Shown here one piece after another: positions 57,951 through 64,000 of a stretch of DNA of 64,000 nucleotides. The stretch is from Candidatus Krumholzibacteriia bacterium (GTDB lineage: Bacteria; Krumholzibacteriota; Krumholzibacteriia; LZORAL124-64-63): the NCBI GenBank assembly GCA_050174015.1, contig JBFXKG010000008.1, forward strand, positions 1 to 64,000. Reading direction: 5' to 3'. The notes below the pieces were generated by a model. That model was not told the origin of the DNA and searched no databases. It was given only the letters and a program-made list of their open reading frames with translations. A program made the position numbers and the translations under genes. Numbering within the stretch: the stretch's first letter is position 1; each line of letters opens with the position of its first letter.

Positions 57951-59318
57951 TTACATGTAGCCCAGGTCCTTCATCTCCTGCTCGATGCGGCGCCGCTCGG
58001 CGTCGTCGATCCTCGTGTCGGCCAGGATCTCCCGCGGCCGGGAGGCCAGGTGCGCGGCCAGCAGGCCCTGCATGCGCTTGCGCAGGTCCCGATCCCCGGC
58101 CAGGTTGCGGGCCTCTCCGGGGTCCTGCTCCAGGTCGAAGATCTCCGGTCGCAGCTTCCCCTGTCGGAGCATGTTGATCCACATCTTCAGGCGGGTCACC
58201 GCGCCCAGGGCCGGGTTGGGCCGGGAAACGATCATCTTGTGGGCCCCGTCCCTGACCGCCAGCTTGGACTTGCCGTGACAGAAGACCGGCCCGGAGGGCC
58301 GGCTGGAATCGTGCAGGGCGAGGCCGTCGATTCCCGGGTCCGGACCCTCGGCGCCCGCGAGGTCCAGCAGGGAGGCCAGCATGTCCACCTGGCTGCGGGG
58401 CCGGGAGTCGGCGGCGCCGGTCCCGGGACGGGACGGATCGTGGATGATGCCCACGGTGCGGATGATCTCCTCGTAGAGGTGGATGCCGCCGTGGGCGAAG
58501 CCGCCGTGCTCGAGGAACTCCTCCCCGTGGTCCGACAGGACGGCCACGACCGTGTCGCCGGCCAGCCCCTGCTCCCTGAGGCCCTCCAGCAGTTCCCCGA
58601 TGGCCAGATCGTTGTAGCGGACGGCGGCGTCGTACTTGTCGATGATCCACTGCAGGGTGGGGCCGTCCAGCTTCCTGCGGCCCCAGTTGACGTCCTTCAT
58701 GAAACGGTACATGGAGGTCTTGTTGCGGGCGTCGTCCAGGCGGTCGGCGCGGGGGAAGAGCAGGGCTTCCACGGCGGGATCCACCTGGTCCGCAGGGACC
58801 GAATCGAAGGGATGGGCGTGCTCGTCGGGCAGCCGGAACGGGGTGTGGGGGCCGTCGTAATGCACGAACAGGAAGAAGGGGTCGGGCCCCTGGCCGTATT
58901 GCCGGAGCCAATCCAGGCTCGAGGCGGTGACGTCGAAGGGGAGGTTCTTGCTGAAGTCGAAGCCGCGGGTGTCGGTGACGGCTTCGATCGGGCCCCAGAC
59001 GTTCCGCAGCAGGTTGCCGAAGAACCGGAAGGTCACGACTCCGGCGGTGCGGATCCGGTTGGCCTCGATGATCCCGGTGAAGGGGGAGGTCCGGGCCTGG
59101 GCCGTGAAATCGAAGACCCCGTGGTGATGGGGGTGCAGCCCGGTGAAAAGGGACGTGAAGGCGGGGGCGGTGAAGTTGGAGACCGACCACAGGCCGGTCA
59201 GGATCGACCCTCGCTCCGCCAGGGCGTCCAGGTGCGGGGACGTCGGCCGCCCATAGCCGTAGCAACCCAGGTGGTCGGGACGCAGAGTGTCGACCACGAT
59301 CATCAGGATGTTCTTCAA
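57951..59318 (-). CDS. Sulfatase-like (alkaline-phosphatase-superfamily) hydrolase; apparently cytoplasmic
   Basis: N-terminal ..MIVVDTLRPDHLGCYGY.. metal-binding region typical of the sulfatase/AlkP family. No classical CxPxR and no signal peptide. Putative TTG start with an AGGAAG RBS; an internal ATG lies 15 nt downstream. Confidence 0.7.
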   Translation of the reverse strand: MKNILMIVVDTLRPDHLGCYGYGRPTSPHLDALAERGSILTGLWSVSNFTAPAFTSLFTGLHPHHHGVFDFTAQARTSPFTGIIEANRIRTAGVVTFRFFGNLLRNVWGPIEAVTDTRGFDFSKNLPFDVTASSLDWLRQYGQGPDPFFLFVHYDGPHTPFRLPDEHAHPFDSVPADQVDPAVEALLFPRADRLDDARNKTSMYRFMKDVNWGRRKLDGPTLQWIIDKYDAAVRYNDLAIGELLEGLREQGLAGDTVVAVLSDHGEEFLEHGGFAHGGIHLYEEIIRTVGIIHDPSRPGTGAADSRPRSQVDMLASLLDLAGAEGPDPGIDGLALHDSSRPSGPVFCHGKSKLAVRDGAHKMIVSRPNPALGAVTRLKMWINMLRQGKLRPEIFDLEQDPGEARNLAGDRDLRKRMQGLLAAHLASRPREILADTRIDDAERRRIEQEMKDLGYM

Positions 59319-59493
59319 TGCAGGCTTCCTGGTTGACGCGAGGGGTCCGGAGCCCCGGGAATCGGGAATCGGGCCCCTCCCGGGAGCGGAAGCGGAATAT
59401 TAGCATATTCTGTCCCGCCTTGCGAGGGCGGGCCGGCCCAACGGGTTGGGCGGAGAGGAGACGTTCAAAATTGGAGTCAACCCCCCGCAGGAT

Positions 59494-59521
59494 TTGACGA
59501 TGTCATTCCGGAGATGATATT
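59494..59521 (+). promoter_or_regulatory. Candidate sigma70 promoter TTGACG-N16-GATATT for the aminotransferase/EPS genes
   Basis: Read from the sequence, ~70 nt upstream of the ATG. Several palindromes (GAATATtagcATATTC, CCCGCCttgcgaGGGCGGG, GCCCAACggGTTGGGC) lie just upstream. Confidence 0.3.
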
Positions 59522-59591
59522 TCCGGGGTGAGCTCTCCCAGGGAGGCCTACTCCGTGGACCGCAGCGCAGCAACCCTCAAGGAGCCTGGTG

Positions 59592-60680
59592 ATGAAAGTC
59601 AATTTCGTGGATCTCAAGGCGCAGTACGCGTCCATCAAGGACGAGGTTAACGAAGCGATCGCGGGCGTGCTGGAAAGCTGCGCCTTCATCAATCACCGGG
59701 GCTTCGAGCAGGAATTCTCCGATTACATCGGGACCAAGCATTGCGTCGGCGTCGGCAACGGCACCGACGCCCTGTTCATGGCCATGAGGTGCCTGGGCTT
59801 CGGCCCCGGCGACGAGCTGATCACCGCCGCCAACACCTTCATCGCCACCGCCGAAGGCATCGGCTGGACGGGCGCCACCCCCGTGTTCGTGGACTGCGAC
59901 CCGGTGACCTACAACATCGATCCGGACAAGATCGAGGCCGCCATCACGCCACGCACCAGGGCCATCGTGCCGGTTCACCTTTACGGCCAGCCGGCGGCCA
60001 TGGACCGCATCATGGCGATCGCCGCCAAGCACGACCTGAAGGTCGTCGAGGATTGCGCCCAGTCCCACGGGGCGACCTTCAAGGGCCGCAAGGCGGGCAC
60101 CTTCGGCGATGCGGCCTGCTTCAGCTTCTACCCCGGCAAGAACCTGGGGGCCTACGGGGACGCCGGCGCGGTCTGCTGCAACGACGAGGCCCTGGCGGTC
60201 CAGATCCGCAAGCTTGGCGACCACGGCAGCAACATCAAGTACCGGCACGATTTCGAGGGGACGAACAGCCGCCTGGACGGGATCCAGGGCGCGGTCCTTT
60301 CGGTCAAGCTCCGCCACCTGGACCAGTGGTCCGACCGCCGAATCGCCGTGGCGGCCAGGTACGGCGAGGGACTGAAGGACGTCTGCGTCGTTCCCCGGAC
60401 CGCCGAGGGCGTCCGGCACGTCTTCCACCTCTACGTCATCCAGGTCAACAACCGGGAAGAGCTGATGAAGCATCTGGGGGACAACGGGATAGCTTCCGGG
60501 ATCCACTATCCGGTGCCCCTGCCCGTGACCCCGGCCTACCGGAGCCTGGGCTACTCCGCGGACCAGTTCCCGGTGGCCTGCGGCATGGCCGACAAGATCC
60601 TCAGCCTGCCCATGCACGGCGACCTGACGGACGACGACGTGGATCTGGTCATCGAGACCGTCCGCAAATTTGCCAAATAA
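59592..60680 (+). CDS. DegT/DnrJ/EryC1/StrS-family PLP-dependent sugar aminotransferase
   Basis: Family-typical sequence with the PLP-Lys in ..[16 protein letters not shown]... AAGGAG RBS 7 nt before the ATG at 59592; the track ORF starts 3 nt earlier at a GTG. Confidence 0.88.
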   Translation: MKVNFVDLKAQYASIKDEVNEAIAGVLESCAFINHRGFEQEFSDYIGTKHCVGVGNGTDALFMAMRCLGFGPGDELITAANTFIATAEGIGWTGATPVFVDCDPVTYNIDPDKIEAAITPRTRAIVPVHLYGQPAAMDRIMAIAAKHDLKVVEDCAQSHGATFKGRKAGTFGDAACFSFYPGKNLGAYGDAGAVCCNDEALAVQIRKLGDHGSNIKYRHDFEGTNSRLDGIQGAVLSVKLRHLDQWSDRRIAVAARYGEGLKDVCVVPRTAEGVRHVFHLYVIQVNNREELMKHLGDNGIASGIHYPVPLPVTPAYRSLGYSADQFPVACGMADKILSLPMHGDLTDDDVDLVIETVRKFAK

Positions 60681-60703
60681 GCGGAAAATGGTTATCATTA
60701 CCG

Positions 60704-60727
60704 GGCGGAGGGATGCGTCCCTCCGCC
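60704..60727 (+). terminator. Perfect 10-bp hairpin GGCGGAGGGA-tgcg-TCCCTCCGCC about 25 nt after the aminotransferase stop
   Basis: Read from the sequence; weak U tail. A TTGACA hexamer follows at ~60768. Confidence 0.45.
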
Positions 60728-60985
60728 TCCATGTTGAGGTGAGGGGGAACCGTCCGCGTCCGGAGGGGTTGACAGCTCCGCGCGGTCTGGTTACCTATTC
60801 AAAGCCCGCCGAGTCAACCGATTGCCCCGGGAGAACGCTCGAAGAATTGGTAAAGTTCGCCCCCATAGGATCGATAACCTAGTCGGGACCGGGACGTCGC
60901 AACATCTGGAAAATCCTCTGGTTCCGCTAGCGAGTCGGCAGTGAATCGTGGTGACGGGGTCTCGTCCCGTGCGATCGAGGTTGGC

Positions 60986-61702
60986 ATGTCCAAGATTTTC
61001 GATGCTTACAAGAAGAGGCTAGGTGATGCTCCGGACCTGCCCCAGGAACTGGGAAGGACCGGGGCCATCTCCCTCTTCCCCATCCCTGCCGATCCCCAGC
61101 GCGAGGAATTCAATCGGCTGGCATCCAGGCTCCTGGGCATGCGTCTGGAAAGCCGGGGGTCGGTCATCAGCTTCGCATCGAGTTCCCGGGGCGAGGGTTC
61201 GAGCTACGTTTCCTACCAGGCGGCCTTCTTCCTGGCGAATGCCTACAAGATGAGGGTGGCCTGGATCGACGGGAATTTCCTGAGCCCGCAGAAGCAGCTC
61301 AGGAATTCTGATTCGCTCACCCTGGCCGACCTTCTTCATGATCCGGAGCGGTTCGAGGACATGATCACGCCGGATGCCTTGACCCTCGTGCCGGGCGGGG
61401 AAAACCTGGTGGGTGCGAAGGGACTGTTCGCCGATCCCCGCTACACGGAGATCCTTGTTGCCTTCTCCCGCCGTTTTGACTTTACGATCATCGATCTACC
61501 GCCCATCCTCAACTCCACCGACACCGCGCTCATGGCGAGCGAGACCGATGGACTTCTGCTTGTCATCGAACAGAAGTTCCTGAAGTGGGAAATCATCGAA
61601 CACGGCCTCGATGGATTGCGGAATAAGGGCGTGCGGGTCCTGGGGTCGGTGATCAACAGGAGATCCTTTGAGCTGCCAAAGTTCATCTATGACCGGGTGT
61701 AA
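60986..61702 (+). CDS. BY-kinase/CpsD-like P-loop protein with a degenerate Walker A (..SSSRGEGSSYVS.. instead of GEGKT/S)
   Basis: N-terminus MSKIFDAYKK.., Walker A'/B-like ..FDFTIIDLPPIL.. and a C-terminal ..VLGSVINR... Likely an inactive (pseudo-kinase) member of the tyrosine-kinase family. Start is M16 of the track ORF. Confidence 0.6.
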   Translation: MSKIFDAYKKRLGDAPDLPQELGRTGAISLFPIPADPQREEFNRLASRLLGMRLESRGSVISFASSSRGEGSSYVSYQAAFFLANAYKMRVAWIDGNFLSPQKQLRNSDSLTLADLLHDPERFEDMITPDALTLVPGGENLVGAKGLFADPRYTEILVAFSRRFDFTIIDLPPILNSTDTALMASETDGLLLVIEQKFLKWEIIEHGLDGLRNKGVRVLGSVINRRSFELPKFIYDRV

Positions 61703-61709
61703 GTCCCGA

Positions 61710-62477
61710 ATGGCGGAGGGGAAGGGTCGCCTTGTCCCCGCAAGGGCCTTGGCCGTGGTTTGGCTGCTGCTGGCCAGCGGAGGATGCGGCGGGCCTGGTT
61801 TTGTCGCTCGGGAGGCCTTCGTCTCCTGGGACGAGAATCAGCTGCTGGAGATCGCCAACACCAAGGCCAGCGAGTACAGGATCCAGGAAGGTGACATTCT
61901 GAAGATCGCCTTCGCCTTCGAATCGAGGCTCAACCAGGAGGGCGTCGTCGTTCTCGCCGACGGTTCGGTCACACTGGTGGGCATCGACCGTCAGGTCCTA
62001 GCCGGCCTGACGGTCACCGAGGCGGACAGCATCATCACCAGGGCCTACTCCAGGGATTATCGAGACCCCGACCTTAGCATCATCGTTCAGGAAACCAAGG
62101 GACGGGCCGTCTATGTCATGGGCAGGGTAAGCGATCCGGGGTTGCACAAGGTGCCGCGGGGAGGATTCTCCATCCTGAGCGCCATCGGGGCCGCGGGCGG
62201 GTTCGCCGAGGGCGCGGTCCGGGATGGGGTGATCCTGCTTCGAGTCAGCGAGGTCGGCTACTCGGTCCAGGAATTCAACCTGGAGGACCTGTCGGATCCG
62301 ATGACGAGCGAATTGGCGACCCTGGACTTGCGTCCCTACGACGTGATCTACGTGCCTACCTCGAAGATCAGCGATTTCGCCTATTTCAGCCGCTCGGTCC
62401 TGGCGGGGATCATGAGCTTGACGCGCATCGCCTCCGATATGCGCTACCTGTCCGACGGCGGACTGGGGAGGTACTAG
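61710..62477 (+). CDS. wza: Polysaccharide export outer-membrane lipoprotein (Wza/poly_export + SLBB)
   Basis: Lipobox ..LLLASGGCGG... Poly_export motif ..YRIQEGDILKI.. and SLBB domains. Confidence 0.8.
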   Translation: MAEGKGRLVPARALAVVWLLLASGGCGGPGFVAREAFVSWDENQLLEIANTKASEYRIQEGDILKIAFAFESRLNQEGVVVLADGSVTLVGIDRQVLAGLTVTEADSIITRAYSRDYRDPDLSIIVQETKGRAVYVMGRVSDPGLHKVPRGGFSILSAIGAAGGFAEGAVRDGVILLRVSEVGYSVQEFNLEDLSDPMTSELATLDLRPYDVIYVPTSKISDFAYFSRSVLAGIMSLTRIASDMRYLSDGGLGRY

Positions 62478-62479
62478 GC

Positions 62480-63901
62480 ATGCTGGAACTGGTTCCCGAA
62501 GGCCGCCACGCCAAGAATTTCCACACCAAGGGCATATCCCTGCGGGACATTCTGTTCGTCGTGTTCAGGAGACGGTGGATCATCCTCGGGATCGCCCTGC
62601 CGATCATCCTGGTCGGCGGGATCAGCCTGTTCAGGCAGACGGGCTCCTTCACCTCGGCCTCCCGCATCCTGGTCCAGCTCCTCAAGGCCGACCAGCCCCA
62701 ATGGAACTCGACCGGACGGAATCTGGACTATGACCGCGAGTTGAGTACCCTGTACAACATTGCCATGAGCGTGCCTGTGGGGGACATGGCGGCGAATGTG
62801 CTCGAGGACAGCATCCCCCTCATCCGCTCGCTGATTCCCAAGCTTGAACAGGGGGGGTTCGACTCGCTGGCCGACCTGCGCGAGTTCCTGGTCACCGGGC
62901 TGGATGTCTCGGTGGTGGGCGAATCGAACATCCTGGAATTCCGGTTCTCTTCGGCCCATCCCCGGGTCAGTCTCATGGCTGTGGGCGCCCTGCGTGACGC
63001 CTTCGTCGAATACCAGGTCTACGGCCTCAAGAATACCCGCGCCGTGGCTTATTACGACGAACAGATCCAGACCGTCCGCTCCCAGATCGATTCCCTGCTG
63101 GAGTACCGGGGTTCGATCCTGCTCGATTCCGGGTACGGGGATTTCCAGGAGGACCTGCGCTACAACACCGGGCAGTTGTCGGACCTGGAAAACCAGTTGC
63201 TGAAGGCCACCACCAACCGCCAGGCCATCGAGAAAGACCATTCGACCCTGATCTCCTACCTGCAGCGGGATCCCCGGGAATTCCCCATGGGCCAGGACGA
63301 AAGCAGCAGCGAGACCCTGATCTACTGGCGAAACATGGTGAGCAAATACGAAGACCAGCTCAACAGCGCCCTGACGATCCACACCGAGGAGAGTATCCCG
63401 GTCCGGCGCCAGAAGCAGCTCCTGGAGGATTCGCTGGAGAGGCTCCGGCTCGAGGAAAAGGCCTACATCGAGAGTGTCGCCGTTCTCCTGGCTTCCGCCC
63501 GGAATCGCGAGGAAACCCTCCGGGATCAAGTCGCGATCCTTCAGGAAAAGAATCGCAAGGTTCCGGATCTTTACCAGAGGATCAGCCTGATCGATGTGGA
63601 AATCACCTCGCTGCGCGGCCTGCTCGATGATATGCGGGGCAAATGGGGAGAGGTCAGGTTGAACCAGTACGCCGACGAACGGGTCAGCCCGGTCGTGAAG
63701 TTGACCGATCCGGAACTTGTGATGGTACTTTCGGGCGGCAAGACGATGGTCTATTTCATCATGATCTTCTTCCTGGCCCTGGCGCTTGGCCTGGTGGCCG
63801 CCTTCGTGCTGGACAACCTCGATCATCGGATCTATGCGCCGCTCGACGTGGAGGAGAAGCTGCAACTGCCCGTATTCGCGAGTGTCAGCAGGACCGACTG
63901 A
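62480..63901 (+). CDS. Polysaccharide chain-length determinant (Wzz/PCP/GumC-like) protein without a kinase domain
   Basis: N-terminal TM ..WIILGIALPIILVGGISLF.., long coiled-coil periplasmic region, C-terminal TM ..MVYFIMIFFLALALGLVAAFVL... Confidence 0.8.
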   Translation: MLELVPEGRHAKNFHTKGISLRDILFVVFRRRWIILGIALPIILVGGISLFRQTGSFTSASRILVQLLKADQPQWNSTGRNLDYDRELSTLYNIAMSVPVGDMAANVLEDSIPLIRSLIPKLEQGGFDSLADLREFLVTGLDVSVVGESNILEFRFSSAHPRVSLMAVGALRDAFVEYQVYGLKNTRAVAYYDEQIQTVRSQIDSLLEYRGSILLDSGYGDFQEDLRYNTGQLSDLENQLLKATTNRQAIEKDHSTLISYLQRDPREFPMGQDESSSETLIYWRNMVSKYEDQLNSALTIHTEESIPVRRQKQLLEDSLERLRLEEKAYIESVAVLLASARNREETLRDQVAILQEKNRKVPDLYQRISLIDVEITSLRGLLDDMRGKWGEVRLNQYADERVSPVVKLTDPELVMVLSGGKTMVYFIMIFFLALALGLVAAFVLDNLDHRIYAPLDVEEKLQLPVFASVSRTD

Positions 63902-63902
63902 C

Positions 63903-64000
63903 ATGGCAGGCGGCAATCGGAATTACCTGACGGGAGCCCGCATGGGGGACCCCCGTGCCGTTTCCCGCTTTTTTTCCTTCGGCGGTTTCCTGGTCGTTGC
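63903..64000 (+). CDS. Possible 5' end of the next gene (MAGGNRNYLTGAR...FFSFGGFLVV), truncated by the window end
   Basis: ATG one nt after the PCP stop (TGAcATG); open to the window end. Confidence 0.2.
   Translation, partial: MAGGNRNYLTGARMGDPRAVSRFFSFGGFLVV

Noticed and set aside
60768-60800. Perfect TTGACA -35 hexamer upstream of the EPS genes
   Set aside because: No acceptable -10 hexamer follows at 16-19 nt (TACCTA/ACCTAT), so it is not called as a promoter. It is mentioned only in the terminator evidence.

Overview
This 64 kb window is high-GC (about 68-70% by eye), gene-dense bacterial chromosome, with no rRNA, tRNA or CRISPR array that I can recognise. Non-ATG start codons, RBSs and intergenic sites were read directly from the sequence; the ORF track was used for frames, and start/stop assignments were checked arithmetically against the track. 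Intergenic coordinates may be off by up to about 10 nt.

The dominant theme is secreted and surface proteins. There are five substrates carrying a T9SS-type C-terminal sorting domain, most with the NPFNP motif:
- a 2914-aa modular adhesin-like giant with five tandem ~410-aa super-repeats
- a subtilisin-like S8 peptidase with eight PKD repeats
- a cutinase/PET-hydrolase-like alpha/beta hydrolase
- an M14 carboxypeptidase
- a frameshifted remnant gene

Three other signal-peptide proteins (a CHRD protein, a Cys-rich protein and a tandem-PPC protein) are unrelated to each other but all end in the same ...G-x-[VI]-[KR]-[ST]-L-F-R-COOH tail. I think this may be an undescribed C-terminal sorting tag.

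Housekeeping and regulatory genes in the window:
- an NfeD-flotillin pair and an MgtC-family protein
- pdxS-pdxT, acylphosphatase, a HAD hydrolase, a group II PLP decarboxylase, a DsbD-N-like protein and an RRM protein
- a STAND ATPase-TPR regulator with a C-terminal SARP (wHTH+BTAD) module
- a minus-strand operon of solute-binding protein, histidine kinase, sigma54 response regulator and a long SppA
- a translationally coupled Zn-ribbon-protein / S9-peptidase / CPBP-protease cassette
- a DUF222-HNH selfish-element-type gene with its own canonical AT-rich promoter
- malate dehydrogenase, a SAM methyltransferase and a Nudix hydrolase
- a bacterial topoisomerase VI operon (top6B-top6A; Top6A carries a Lys/Ala-rich N-terminal tail)
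- a sulfatase-like protein
- the start of an exopolysaccharide locus: DegT-family aminotransferase, a degenerate-P-loop BY-kinase-like protein, Wza and a Wzz/PCP protein

The many long antisense 'shadow' ORFs typical of high-GC DNA were rejected. The lineage is a guess: the T9SS type-A CTDs, sigma54 regulators and high GC fit an FCB-superphylum-like uncultured group such as Gemmatimonadota or Eisenbacteria, at low confidence.
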